DNA of 64,000 bases from Eledone cirrhosa (taxonomy: Eukaryota). The position numbers and the translations under genes were made by a program. Under the pieces are notes generated by a model that was given only the letters and a program-made list of their open reading frames with translations, made no database searches and was not told the DNA's origin. Where the stretch lies: positions 22,754,001 through 22,818,000 of the forward strand of contig OZ024752.1 in assembly GCA_964016885.1 (NCBI GenBank). Direction: 5' to 3'. Positions 40,988-54,246 of the stretch are shown here, one piece after another (within the stretch, counting starts at the first letter, position 1; the number at the start of each line of letters is the position of its first letter).

Positions 40988-42338
40988 TCCTTCTGCACCT
41001 GCTTTCACTCTTCTTTCAACTCTGTCTTAACAATGGTGCTATTCTGGAGTAGTGGAAAACTGCCAGTGTCATTCCTCTGTTCAAAAAGGGTGACCGCACC
41101 TCGCCTGTCAACTATTGTCCAGTCAGTTTTACTAGCTGCATTGCCAAACTGATGGAATCCTGTCAGAGAAACACTCTGGAACTTCTGGAATTCTCACAGT
41201 CTTATCCAGCCCTCGCAATTTGGATTTATCCCTAACTCCAGCTGCTGTGATCAACTTATCGAGTTTCTTGAAGACATCACCCGGATCACTGATGGCGACT
41301 CATGGGTGGATGTTGTTTACCTTGACTTTGTGAAAGCTTTTAATTCTGTGCCACACAAAAGACTTATGGCAAAATTCTCTGCAATGAGTGTGAAGGATGA
41401 TCTTTTTAAAGGTTGAAGTACTTCATTCTCAGTCAAAGAGAGGTAGTCACGGTTCTAGGACAGCATTCTTCACCATATGAGATGTCATCTGGTGTACCAC
41501 AAGTGTATCACCATGCATTTTGGGAGGAAAAACCCAACATCCACATACTCCCTCCACAACACTAATATCAAGAAGTCTTCTTGTGAACGTGACCTGGGCA
41601 TTACTGTCAGCAGCGATTTGCGTTGGACAAAGCACATCTCTAAAATTGTCAAGAAGGCTGAGGGTGTCTTGGCATCACTCAACAAGACCTTTGTCAGTGA
41701 CTCTCCAGCTATCTATTTAAAGTTGTTTATAGCTATGGTGCGGCCACACTTGGAATTTGCATCACCAGTCTGGGCCCCTATCTTGCTCAGAACATTGACC
41801 TCCTGGAAACTGTTCAGAGACGTGCAACCAAGCGAATACCCTCCATCAGCCATCTACCATACTGTGAACGCCTTGCTTCCCTGGGCAGGGATAAATTGAA
41901 GCTCCGACGTCTGGCAACTGCCTTGGTAAACACCCACAACATTATTAACCATCTTGCCAACAACAACCCTGAGCACCTTTTTGAATTCCATGTCTAATAC
42001 ATGTGAGCATGCCTACAAAGTCAGAAAACAGCACAGCTCCCATAACTTTTGGAAACATTTTTTCATGCTCAGAGTAGCTGAAGCATGGAACAAATCACCT
42101 GTATCAGTTGTTAGCTGCCGAGACACTGCATCCTTTAAAACCTCCATGCTTCCCAAGATTTGCCAACACTACACCTGATATCCCCCCTCCATACACATGC
42201 ACACAAGTATATCATTACTCATACACTGTTCACTTTCCTACCATTTGTACATTATTCTATGTACTATACATGCCCCTTTGATGAGTTGTAGTGCATCTGA
42301 GCTCTGTACACAATAATTTCATTATTATCATTATTATT
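40988..42338 (+). mobile_element. CR1-clade LINE remnant, 5'-truncated with internal deletion
   Basis: WKTASVIPLFKKGDR, NYCPVS, QFGF, VDVVYLDFVKAFNSVPHKRL, SGVPQ joined directly to KCITMHFG (YADD region lost), ERDLGI, VRPHLEFASPVWAP; (ATT)n tail at ~42320. Confidence 0.88.
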
Positions 42339-42559
42339 TAAACTGTCATATTCTTATGAATTGTGTTGCTACTTGAAAAAATTGATATTTTTATTTGATA
42401 AAAATATGAGATTTTATGTAATTAACATTTCCGTGCCTCAGCGTGAGTGTGTGTATGTGAAACATATACACAAGGTCTGAACACAAAGGAACCAAACTCC
42501 CACTGCCTCCGTCTCTCCTGCTCTCCCCATCTCTCAATATTATGAGCAAATGGGAACCA

Positions 42560-43075
42560 CTCAGCAGCTATACCACCACTACTCAACAGCCATACCATCA
42601 CTACAACAACACTATCACCACCACTCAACAGCCATACCATCACTACAACAACACTATCACCACCACTCAACAGCCATACCATCACTACAACAACACTATC
42701 ACCACCACTCAACAGCCATATCACCATTACAACATCACTACCACCACCACAACACTACTACCACCACCACAACACTACTACCACCACCACAACACTACTA
42801 CCACAACCACTCAGCAGCCAAACCATCACTACACCTGCAACACTACTACCACCACCACTCAGCAGCCATACCACCATTACACCACCAACACCACTACCAC
42901 CATTACACTACACCACTACCATCACTACACCACTACCATCACTACCACCACTACCATCACTACCACCACCACACAGTAGCCATACTATCACTACACCACT
43001 ACCACCACCACACAACAGCCATACCATCACTACAACACCAACACCACCACCGCACAACAGCCATACCACTACCAT
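42560..43075. repeat. CAC/CAA-rich minisatellite (39-bp unit, about 4 copies, degenerating into (CAC/TAC)n)
   Basis: Unit caccactcaacagccataccatcactacaacaacactat repeated. Confidence 0.88.
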
Positions 43076-43856
43076 AAATCTAACATCAGATGCAGGTGTG
43101 CAGTGCTGTTGTTGTTAAGTGCAGTTCAGCCCTGGGGGAGCAGACTTAACATCAAATGCACTTCAACAGTAGTAACCATTATATTTTTTCTCTCTGGCTT
43201 TATTTATTTAACCCACCATTATTCAGTGTCTCTTCCTCTTAATTTTGCTGCTATGTCTAGTAAATGGAGTGCTCACATAGAACCCCCTCCATTGTCTCTT
43301 TGATTATCTTCTGTGCTACTACAGTGTTGGTACCATGATAAAATGCATCCAGTGCACTCTGTAAAGTGGCTAATGTTAGGAAGAATAGAAACCATGCCCA
43401 AGATATAGAATGTATAAGCAAACATGGTTCTCTTACCTGTCTGCTCTTGAACCATGATGACCAGTTCAATCTAAACTTGCATGGAAAATTGTAAAATGTT
43501 GATGACGATGATGATAATGACAATGATGATGATAATTAGTTAGATTGCATTTATTGAATTGTGCTGTAGTGTTTGCCCCTGAATTGTCCTTGTGACAAAA
43601 TAAAATTAAAATATATGTATCCCAATTTTTAGAATAGGTACACTGTATTGTGTGTCATAAGAGGCAAATTAAAAGAGTTAGTGTCATGAAGGACAACTGA
43701 TGAAAGCTGTAAAACAGCTCATAATAGTGAGGGATGGGGAGAGCAGGAGGCAGTGACAGTGGGAGTTTGGTTCCTTTTTGTACAGACCTGGTGTTTATAT
43801 ATATGCTTTATGGTCACACACTCATGCAACTTAGACTAACATCTAATACATAGTAC

Positions 43857-44022
43857 TGGTACTGGATTTACCATTGTGCTTAGGTGTGCTTAAGCACAGG
43901 GCCCCATTGGCTAGAGGGCCCCGTTTTCCTTCCCCAAAAATTTTTTACAGTGAATTTTTCAAATGTTTGGGGCCTTATAACTTAACTAGCACAGGGCCTC
44001 ATTTGTTCTAAATCCAGCACTG
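43857..44022. mobile_element. hAT-type MITE
   Basis: 8-bp TSD CATAGTAC on both sides; TIRs TGGTACTGGATTTA / TAAATCCAGCACTG. Confidence 0.75.
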
Positions 44023-44399
44023 CATAGTACTGTATGAACTCAGTTTATAAGATTACAACCAAGAAAACATAGACGTTTTTATGAATTCTTTTATTAAAAA
44101 GGAATAATTTTGTTGAAGTTAGCCGAATATGTCTCATAACTTCCCATCCAATCCATGTCAATATAGAAAAGCAATTGTAAAAATGATGACCCTGATAACT
44201 TTTTTGTGTTTCTCACTCATGAGTTGGCCCTCTTCACTATACATTTGACTGATTTGGCTTCATCAGCATTGTTTGGGTGGGGGCTTATACGAGAATTTCT
44301 CAGTGTTTAAGGCTGGATCTTCACTCCTGAATACACTTCTTCTGAATCTCTGTAGAATTCTCTTTCTCCTCCACCTTACATCTCTCCTTTCTTCCTTAT

Positions 44400-45113
44400 C
44401 TGGAAGGTATCAAAAAATAAGATTTTTGGCTCTAGCTCCCACATTTTGCCACCAATTTCGTTCAAATTTTAAAGCAAAATAGAATTTATCATTGCACATC
44501 CTGTAATGGCTTTATATTTTTCATTTGTTGTTCAGGGACGGCGTGGCAGCCACTTAAATATTCAAAATACCACTTTTAGACTCAAATTTCCACTTTTTCG
44601 GCTCTATCTCCCACATTAATCAACCTACTTTGTTCAAATTTTACACTACGCTAGATCTGATTATTTCACGTCTTAAAGTGGCTTTACATTTTGGATTTTT
44701 TGTTCAGGAACGGCGTGGCAGCTGCTTAAATATTCGAAAATACCACCTTTTCACTCAAATTTCCGCCTTTTCAGCTGTAGCTCCCACATTTTTCAACCGA
44801 TTTCGTTCAAATTTGAAACTTCGGCTCCACCTCACACATAAAGCAATTTATTTGGTTCAACTTTTATACTACGAATGAACCTATCATTGCACATCCTATA
44901 GTAGCTTTACATTTTGCATTTTTTGTTCAGGGACGGCGTGGCAGCCGTTTAACTCTTCAAAATACGATTTTTTCCACCTCCCACATATTCCATATGATTT
45001 CACTCAACATTTACGACCGATTTTCAAGAAACTCACAGTCGCTAAGATCAAGACCTTTTCATCGAAGCAGATATTATTTTACCTACCCAGGCAATGCTGG
45101 GTACTGCTGCTAG
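44400..45113 (+). mobile_element. Non-autonomous Helitron with internal subrepeats
   Basis: 3' hairpin TACCCAG-gcaatg-CTGGGTA then CTAG|T at 45110; three copies of TTGTTCAGG(G/A)ACGGCGTGGCAGC; 5' end uncertain. Confidence 0.65.
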
Positions 45114-45871
45114 TTAATAATAATCTCAATGGCAAAATTGGCCTCGGTTTGATTTGAACTCAGAGTGCAGCGAGCTGGAACAGATACTGCAAATAATTTT
45201 GGCCTATGTTCTGATGACTTTGCTAATTTTTCATCTATCTAGGCTTACATTGTCATTTGTAACCTCGATTTTATTTACACAATGGGGTTAGATTTGAAGG
45301 GAATTTGGCTGCTATTTCTTGCAAGTCAGGTGACCATTGGGAGGCCTAAGACATTGGCTTGCAAAATATTTTATCTCCCTTGTTGACACTCTAACATTCA
45401 ACTGCTTCTGGTAATAATAAAATGTATATCAGATTACCTTAATAAATCTAGTCTGCTGATTATTGCTAAAATGTGTTTACTTACTTAGCAATGTTGACCT
45501 TGGTTCTGTTTCTTAGTCATAGCTACATACTCTCAAATATCAGTCTTAAGGTATATTGACATATTCAAAGAGAATTATTAATTGTTTTGTTTTTTTAACA
45601 CTCCCATTCACTCAGAGGAGTAACTGCTTCCTATTATATTCCACATATTTTTACATATTTTATATATTTTTGTACCTGCAATTTGTACACTTGCATTCTG
45701 TTATATATATATAATTTCCAGCCCACCCTTGCAAGCAGGGAAAAAGCGGACATTAAATGAAATGATGAAAATGATGATGATGATATAGTGAAAACTTGGA
45801 CGGGAACAAAAACAGAGGCAGTACAAATAAAAGTTTATTAGGTTCACGCTCTTGAGAGAGTGGGGAGGGGG

Positions 45872-45912
45872 GAGACGACGTTTCTGGCATAAGCTCTTCA
45901 TCAGGAGAAAAG
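45872..45912 (-). ncRNA. Minimal hammerhead ribozyme of the Penelope-like terminal repeat
   Basis: Minus strand: ttctc CTGATGA agagcttatgcca GAAAC GTC, in the expected position downstream of the PLE ORF; stem II is imperfect. Confidence 0.6.
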
Positions 45913-48121
45913 TGGGTAGGAAGAGAGTTCCGAGGGTGGGTGGGGTGGGTGGGGTGGAGAGACATTTAGAAGGGGGGGGGGGAGAAAAGGGAGGAAAAAC
46001 GGTAGAAGGGGTACAAATAAAAATAAACATAAAGATAAACAAGTGGCGGAAGGGTGTGAGGCATGTAGAGGTGGTGGCGGGTGGTGTAGGGAGAGGGAGG
46101 CGGGGGGTCCGAGCGGGGAGGGCTGAAGGTGGTGTTTGTGTAGATGTACGAGTGTGTGTGTGTGTGTGTGTGCGTATGTGAATGTGAGATTTGGGGGAAG
46201 AACGAGGTTCTATGTTCAGGAAAAGGTGTGTGCGTGGGGTGGGGTGTAGGTCAGTGTGTGTGTGGATGGGGAGGGGGAAGAGGGGTGGGGGGAGGGGGAG
46301 TGTGGATTCCGGAGGCTGAGTGTGAATATGTGGGGGTATGCACGTGTGTTGGTGTTTATACGTAGTGTGGATGTAGGTGGCATGGTTCTAAAAAAAATTG
46401 TGAGTGTATGTTCGTGGGTAAGTTCTTAAGATAGTTCCGTGGAGTGTGCGATGAGATGCTGGATATTTTTCATGTTATGGAGTGGATAGCTGGAACGATG
46501 TCCAGTGGTTTGGAATCCAAACGTTGTGGTGGTCGGAAGTGGAGAGATGTAGGATGCGCGCGCAGCAGGAAGTGGTCAGAGGGTCAAGGCAGGGTGAATA
46601 GATAGCAGTAGAGGAGAATGACAGGTGGAGAAATGGTCAGTGTGTGGTGAGGACTGTGTGTCTGTGTGCGGAGGTGCGGTGGACAGGGGAAAGGATGGGT
46701 AGGTGTGAAAGGTGGGGGGATGGGGTGTGTATTAGTAGAGGTGTTATAGTGGGATGTGTGTGTGTGAAGGGGTGTAGGTGGAGCGGGGAGAGGGAGAGAA
46801 AAGGTGTTGGGGACGGAGGAGGGAGTGTAGTGTACTGGTGTGTGTGTGTGCGTGTTTGGATGAGTGTGTGTGTGGTAAAGGGGGTGTTAGTGGGTGTTAG
46901 TATACTGGAAAGGAAAGGGTTGAATGAGGGTGTGTAAGTGGGGGTTAGTGGTGGTTGGGTGTGTGGAGTGGGTGGTGTATGTAGGTGTGGGTGTGTGGGT
47001 GTAAAGGTGTGTGTGCGTGGGGTCGGGGGGATGTTAGTGGTATTAGTTGTGGGTGAGTGTTAGTGGTGGTAGTAGGGTGTGCGGATAGTGTGAGTGCATG
47101 TATATATGTACATGTGGGTGCGTGCATGATAGGGGGGAGGGGTGGGGATGTTAGTATTGTTAGTTGTGGGGTGGGCCAAGGAAAAGGAGGAGTGTGTTAG
47201 TGGGGGATCTGTGTGTGGGGGAAACATGGCGGTCGAAGGCTAAAGGAATAGGGGTGGGGTGTTCAGGCCGGGAGGTGTGTGTAGGTCTGTAGGGTGAAGA
47301 TGGTGCGTTGTCCGACCGTGAGGCAGGTGGCGGTTGTTCCGTGGCATTGGTGTAGGCCACAGACTGAGGTGGTGGGCAGAATGTCCAGGGGAGCCAAAGT
47401 GGCGGGCGATAGGGGAACTCCCGCCGAGACGGTCCGCCAGTCGGTGGGTTTGAAGAAGGCGGAGGTGACGAGGGAGATGTCTAAGAAGTGGACGTGGGTG
47501 GTGGAGATAGAGGTGGTGAAGTGGAGGGATGGGTGGAAGGAGCAGAAGGAGAGAAAGGAGTCGAGCTGTTCTCGGGTGAGGGTTGTGGCTCCGATACAGT
47601 CGTCGATGTAACGACTGTACAGTTCGGGCGTGGGGCCGGTGTACTGGGCAAAGATTTGGGCCTCAACATGGCCAACGAAAAGGTTGGCATAATTTGGGCC
47701 CATTCTTGTGCCATGGCTACCCCTGTTGGTAAAACTCACCCGAGAAGGAGAAGCAGTTGAAGGATGAGGACCAGCTCGGCGAGGCGAAGGAGGGTGGGGG
47801 TGGAGGGGATGGTGGAGGGGCGAAGTTCGAGGTAGTGCCTGAGGGCATGTAGGCTGTCGGCGTGGGGGATGACAGTATAGAGGGACTTGATATCTAGGGT
47901 GAAGAGGAGGGGGTGTGGGCCGGGTGGGAAAGTGAAGGAGTCGAATAGGCAAAGGGCATGGTTGGTGTCGGAGATGTGAGAGGCGAGGGTGGTGACGAGG
48001 GGGGCAAGGATGGAGTCAAGAAAGGCGGATATGAGTTCTGTGGGGCAGTTGCAAGCGGAGACGATGGGAGCGGCCCGGGTTGTCGTGGTTTGTGGAGTTT
48101 GGGGAGGAAGTAGATAGTAGG

Positions 48122-48486
48122 ATGTCGTTTCCAGGATAGGTTTTACACTCTCATTAAGAGGCGGGTATATGTGCCATCCAATCTCCTCTCAAGTTGTCTA
48201 AAATCTATGGCAAACTCCCTCGAGCCTCTGCCCTTCTAAAATCCCAGAGAGCTCAATTTGCTGGCCACTGTCACCGTGCCAGCAATGAAATCATATCCGC
48301 TCTCTTGCTCTGGAACCCTGACTCCAGCCTGACTATGAGTAGGAAGCTGTCATTCCCTGACGTTATCTCTAGGGATACGGGAATCAGTAGACAGGACCTG
48401 GGGGCAGCGATGGGGGACAGGGAATTCTGGGGCATGAGAGTGAGATCCATCATCTCGACAGTAGTCGACGAATGATGATGATGATG
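48122..48486 (+). mobile_element. RTE-related LINE 3' fragment inserted in the PLE
   Basis: RAQFAGHCHRA...LLLWNP...DREFW C-terminus, (TGA)n tail, 10-bp TSD AGATAGTAGG (48112 and 48487). Confidence 0.8.
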
Positions 48487-48869
48487 AGATAGTAGGGGTG
48501 CGGGGGTACGGACGATGAGGTGGGAAGCGGTGGGAGGGTGGAGGAGACAAGGTGTTGGATGGTGGAGGAAACTTGTTGATAGAGGGGTGTGGGGTCGGAG
48601 GGTAGAGGGCGGTAGAAGAGGGGGTTACGGAGCTATCATCATAATTATTGTCGTTTTAACATCTGCTTCCCCTGCTAGCATTGGATATATATATATCATC
48701 ATCATCATTTCATTTTACGTCCACTTTTCCCTGCTTGCAAGGGTGGGACGGGAACTGATTCTGGCTTGATTTCTACAGCAACCTCATTTACAGTGAGTGC
48801 TGGGTGCTTTTTGCCGTGGCACCTCCACGACCACTTTGCAGTGGAATGATAGGGACCCCAGTCCCTATC

Positions 48870-49013
48870 ATCTCATTTCTACAGCTGAGTAAACTGGAGC
48901 AATGTGAAATAAAGTGTCTTGCTCAAGGAAACAACACATCACCCGGTCTGAGAATTGAACTCACAACCTTTTGATTGCAAGGCCAATGCTCTAACCACTA
49001 AGCCATGTGCCTC
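48870..49013 (-). mobile_element. tRNA-derived SINE family 2
   Basis: Reverse complement of GGCACATGGCTTAGTGGTTAGAGC...GAGTTCAATTC...CCTTGAGCAAGACACTT. Confidence 0.75.
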
Positions 49014-49513
49014 CATGTATATATATATACAGGGTATGTACATTTTGATGGGACACCCTATATATATATATAAAATTTCTTCTAAAACTAGTCAGTCAGC
49101 TACGGGGCAGCCACTGTGTGGGCTCCCATTTGCTCATAGTAGTGAGAGATGGGGAGAGCAGGAGAGGTGGAGGTACTGACAGTGGGAGTTTGGTTCTTTT
49201 GAGTTTGGACCTGGTGTATATGTATATGATTCACGCACACACACATATTTTCTTATAATCCTACACACCATAGTAAACACCACAAGGACTATAAACTACA
49301 ACAATCTTTTTACGTTTTAATTATATATATATTGGAAGGAAGGAGAAATACAACAATACAAAAAATGAGGTACTTTTTTTTTACATGATATCTATTCTTT
49401 AACTTCATTAAAGCATTCTATTATCAAGCTTTATGTTGCAACAATTAAACTATGTATAATGGGGCTATTCATAGCTAGGTGCATCCCAAAAGACATTACA
49501 TTTCATTTGTAAA

Positions 49514-49707
49514 GGGCGGTGGATTGGCAGTATCGGTAGAGGGTCAGACGCCATGCTTTGTAGCAAAGAGTTACGGCCCTTTATGGTCTGAGTTCAAATC
49601 CCGCCGAGGTTAACTTTGCCTTTCATCCTTACAGGTTCGATCAAATAAAGTACCAGTAATACACTGGGTAATTGCTGGCCTTGTGCCAAAAAGTAGAAAC
49701 AATTATA
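49514..49707 (+). mobile_element. tRNA-derived SINE family 1
   Basis: Full copy; others at 327, 5512, 33212, 56265, 56987 and 60881. Confidence 0.82.
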
Positions 49708-49728
49708 TTTCATTTGTCAATACAGTAT

Positions 49729-50068
49729 GTGAAAGCACATGGCTTAGTGGTTAGAGTCAGGCTTACAATTGTGAGGTTGTAAGTTTGATTCTCGGACTGG
49801 GTGATGTATTGTGTCCTTGAGCAAGACACTTTATTGCACGTTGCTCCAGTTTACTCAGCTGTAGAAATGAGTTGTGATGTCACTGGTGCCAAGCTGTATT
49901 GGCCTTTGCCTTTCCCTTGGACAACATTGGTGGCATGAGGAGGGGAAACTGTATACCTGGGCGACTACTGCTCTTCCACAAACAACTTTACCTAGACTTG
50001 TGCCTTGGAGGGGAACTTTTTAGGTGTGAATCCCATGGTCATTCGTGACCAAAGAAGCTCTTTACCCA
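49729..50068 (+). mobile_element. tRNA-derived SINE family 2
   Basis: A-box TGGCTTAGTGG, B-box-like GTTTGATTC, body GTGTCCTTGAGCAAGACACTT; also at 54608. Confidence 0.78.
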
Positions 50069-52058
50069 ATAGTTTATCAAGTCACTCTAGAGATAGGACA
50101 TTTTATTATGTCTAATATATCATTCATTTGGATCATAGAATTGACTGCAACAATTTTTCAGCTTGGCTGAAATGAGTTTTGAGTTTTCTAAATACTTCAA
50201 AGATATTAGATTCTCAAATATATTTTTTAACCCCCAACATTTAGTTTATTCAATTAAATAGCTGAAACACTATATCAATAAAAATACTTTGAACATCTCA
50301 TTAACCTAACATCCTGTTCCACATGAAACTGCATTAGTAAGACATGTTGAAAAGTTTAAAAGAACACTATGACTGCATTACACTCAGTATTAAAGTATTT
50401 CAATTTAGTGCAGATTTTCACTATGAGCTGTTTGCTAGTAAAGATACTATAAACATTTGAATTAACAACACCATCATTGGATATTTTCTACTAAACCACT
50501 ACAGGATGTTAAGAATTAATATATAAGCTGAGACTGATGTTAGATGAAACATTTTTGCAGGTTAGCTGTACCCATGATGACAATGATGATGATGATGATT
50601 CACATGCACTCACATATTGTGATATGTTAATGCTCTCACTACCAGCTATTTATTCATCTTTTAAATTGATGCATAAAAATATCTGGATGAGATTTTGCAT
50701 GTTAACTTAGGGATCTTATCTTAATAAAAGTTTCTTATACAAAATATTGAAAGATTTTTATGAAAACTTTAACCCTTTCATTATCATATTGTTTACGAAA
50801 GACACAGCTTATGATTTTTTAAGGATTGTGAAAATAATGAAACATTTGAAGAGATTTAGTAAAATATTAAATTTGTTTTTGTTATTACAATATATTTTTA
50901 ATATGTAAATAGAAATACATACATTTAATCAATAAAATAGACAGATAGGAAATATTGTTCAATAAAATGTACAGAAATAGAAAGCAGCATTGGAAAGGAT
51001 TATAAATGCTATAAATGAGAAGAAAAGGAGGGAAAGAGCAAAGACTACTAGGCAATGGAAGGAAGACTTTGTCATTCTTAAAATGGTGTTTGGAGTATAA
51101 CTTAACAAAGATTCTTACATAAAAATATGATGGAAGGTTTTTTTTAGACAAATATTTTGAAATTAACAGAGAGTCACTCCAGGTAGAGTCGCTACTTCTC
51201 CAAATTGAGAGATCACAGATCCGATACTATGGAATATGGTTAGAATGTCTCAGGAAAGAATCACTGGACAGATTTTACAGGCAAAACCAACCGGCAAGAG
51301 ACTCAGGGGTAGATCCCAAGCAGGATGGTTGGATAACATCCATGAACTTGGCTGGTCACGCTTGGGGATCCAGCCAGATCAGTTGGAGACAGTTGCTTCT
51401 GAAGGTGTGTTTGAAGACCCACAACCCTTTCAGGAATAAGTGCATGAAGAAGAAGTATGAGAATCAGGGATAGTTTCAGCCAGTTTTGTACAGAAGTGGT
51501 TATAGTATGTGTGTGAGTGTGTGGTGTGTCATAGAAGGATAGACAGCTGTTTCAGTACAGTTGCTATTAACAACAATAGCAACAAGCCTGTTTTACATGT
51601 CATTATCAACCTTTTACTTAATGTTTTTTATCTCTAGTGATTATCATTGATTATCACAGTCTTTATTTCATTTATCTGTACATACTTATATTTTCTTACA
51701 ATGTTATTGATTTGGTTAGATTAGCTGATGACATTCTTTAGTTGACTTAAGTACTGTTTATATAGTTTCTATATGTTATTGTAACCTAGCTTAACATATA
51801 TCAAGAAAATAGTTAAGAACAAAAGCCACTGACAAACCTTTACATACACATTCTAACTCATTCATTGAATTAACCTGTTTACAGTGACTTAATCTGTTAG
51901 AATGAGTATTCAAACTTACCTTTGAATCACAACCTGCCGTCTTAAAAATGGAAGGATATATTGATTCTGTCCACCTAAATACACTGTTCAAAGGTACTAC
52001 TGAAATATTATCTTCTGGTCAAACACTTGATTTCTTACAGACACATATGCATTTAACC

Positions 52059-52279
52059 CTTTAGCATTTAAACTGGCCATATCCAGCCAGAATTCTCTCA
52101 CCTTTTTCTGTTCAAACTGACCATAACCAGCCACTCATACTGATGTTAAGGTATTGTTCTCAAAATGAATAATTTACAAAATCTCATAGATTTGACATTA
52201 TGTGAGATAATTATGTGAGGTAAAGTGTTTACCATGAAAATGTACTTGTAAATATATAGTAATGTAAATACTAAAGGTT
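52059..52279. mobile_element. TTAA-flanked piggyBac-like MITE
   Basis: TTAA CCCTTTAGCATTTA ... TAAATACTAAAGGT TTAA. Confidence 0.7.
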
Positions 52280-52456
52280 TAAACCTACCCTTGAATCACA
52301 ACTTGCTGTCTTAAAAATGGAAGGACACATTGATTCTGTCCACCGCAAGATGGACATTGTATGGGCCCCCATTTGTTCATAATAGTGAGAGATGGGGAGA
52401 GACAGAGACAGTGACAGGGGAAGTTCGGTTCCTTTGTGTTTGGACCTGGTGTATAT

Positions 52457-54153
52457 ATCATAATCATCATCATCATCACCGTTTTACGCTAGCATGGGTT
52501 AGACGAGTTGTCCTGTTGTGGGCAGTGCCAGGTCGGCTGACCTTGTCTTGCTCATACGGGAACTGATTCTGGCTTGATTTCTACAGCTGGATGCCCTTCC
52601 TAGCACCAACCTCATTTTCAGTGAGTGCTGGGTGCTTTTTCCGTGGCGCCTGCACGTCCACTTTACAGTGTGGGGGCATATTGTCTATATGCTTCAGCTT
52701 CGGCTTGTACCCGTGGGGGGTCGGTCGGGTCTTCTGTATTACTGCGTGATGCCAGAGGTCACGGTCGTGTGTCATCGCCTTTGAGAGGTGTAATTGGGTA
52801 CGGTCGGCTTTTATCACCTCATCCCAGGTCTTCTTGGGTCTCCCCACTCCGCGGTTTCCATCGACTTCTAGTGCTCTGCACCTTTTTATGCAGCTGTCAT
52901 CCTTCATACGCATCATATGTCCATACTTATGCAACCACCTCTCCTGCACACAGCATTTGATTCCTCTTATTCTCAGTCTCTCTCTCAATTCATTTATGCT
53001 TTGCCGTTCACGTATATTACTATTACACATCCATCGGAGCATGCAGGCTTCGTTTCTCTCTAATCTATGCAATTCTTCCACAGACATCGCCCAGGTCTCA
53101 CTACCATGTAACATTGCCATTTGTATGCACGCATCATTCAGTCTGCCTTTCATTTTGAGGGAGAAGCCTTTTGCAGCTAGCAGTGGCAGTAGCTCCCTGA
53201 ACTTCTTCCATCCCGTTCTTACCCTAGTTATTGTACTTTCTGAACACCCACCTCCACTGCTAATTCGGTCACCTAGGTAGCAGAAGCTGTCTACTGTTTC
53301 TACAGAGCCCTCCCAGAGTTTGGTGGTACTTGTTTCCTGTGGCTCTTTGCTGCTTGCTGTCCCAGCACAACTGCTACATGTGTAGCCTACATTCTTAGTT
53401 AAGCTTCCTGAGATCCCGCTACTTCTCTTGTGCACCCATTGTTTGCATTTGGGGAAGAGAATGGAGTTCCTACCTACACCTTTCCTACATACTGAGCAAG
53501 GCCATTTCCCTGAGGGGATCTGGGTTCTGTTTTCTCCTCTACTTACAAGGACCTTAGTCTTTGTCAGGTTGACTTTGAGACCCTTTCTTTCTAGCCCCTG
53601 CTTCCAAGTTTGGAATTTCTTCTCTAGTTCTACCATAGATTCAGCTATAAGCGCGAGGCCATCTGCATACAGGAGTTCCCATGGGCATCCGGTCTTAAAC
53701 TCCTTCGTTATTGTCTGCAGGACTATGATGAACAGGAGAGGGCTAAGAACAGAACCCTGGTGGAGCCCAACCTGTACGCTAAATTCCTCGCTCTACTCAT
53801 TGCTAATCCTAACTTTGTTGACTGCTCCCCTATACATGGCTTGTACAGCTTTCACAAGCCATTCATCTACTCCTAGCTTTCTAAGAGCCCGCCAGATTAT
53901 AGCACGGGGAACTCTGCCAAAGGCTTTCTTGAGATCGACGAATGTCAGGTAGAGTGGCTTACTTTTAGCTAGGTACTTTTCCTGTAACTGCCTCACCAGG
54001 AAGAGGGCATCAGTGGTGCCTCTTCCTGGCACAAACCCAAATTGCATCTCATCTAGTTTCACCCGGTCCCTAATCAACTGTGCTATAACTCTTTCTGTTA
54101 CTTTCATGACCTGGTCCATCAGCTTTATACCTCTATTGTTTCCTCTATCTACT
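52457..54153 (-). mobile_element. RTE LINE family B, 5'-truncated
   Basis: RGIKLMDQVMKV, QFGFVPGRGTTDA, HQGSVLSPLLF, LLYADGL (YADD mutated), PHD-like finger, C-terminal domain, 3' UTR and (GAT)n tail. Confidence 0.93.
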
Positions 54154-54171
54154 GCATCACACACACACACA

Positions 54172-54246
<75 letters not shown>

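Larger units (their letters stand above)
45790..48630 (-). mobile_element. Penelope-like element (RT, GIY-YIG C-terminal remnant, terminal repeat with hammerhead), decayed
   Basis: PIVSACNCPTELISAFLDSIL, GTRMGPNYANLFVG, YSRYIDDCIG, HFLDIS, FKPTD. A deletion joins this to RLADR...PIARHFGSPGHS...GLN. Hammerhead core near 45880. Confidence 0.85.

Noticed and set aside
42542-43077. His/Thr-rich ORFs as a metal-binding protein linked to ATP7
   Set aside because: Products of a CAC-rich minisatellite, open in several frames, with no splice or homology support.
49729-49800. tRNA genes
   Set aside because: A/B boxes lead into multi-copy SINE bodies; no convincing cloverleaf.
50561-50620. Acceptor-like ttttgcag|GTTAGC (VS...)
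   Set aside because: Runs into a (GAT)n LINE tail; no HMA similarity.
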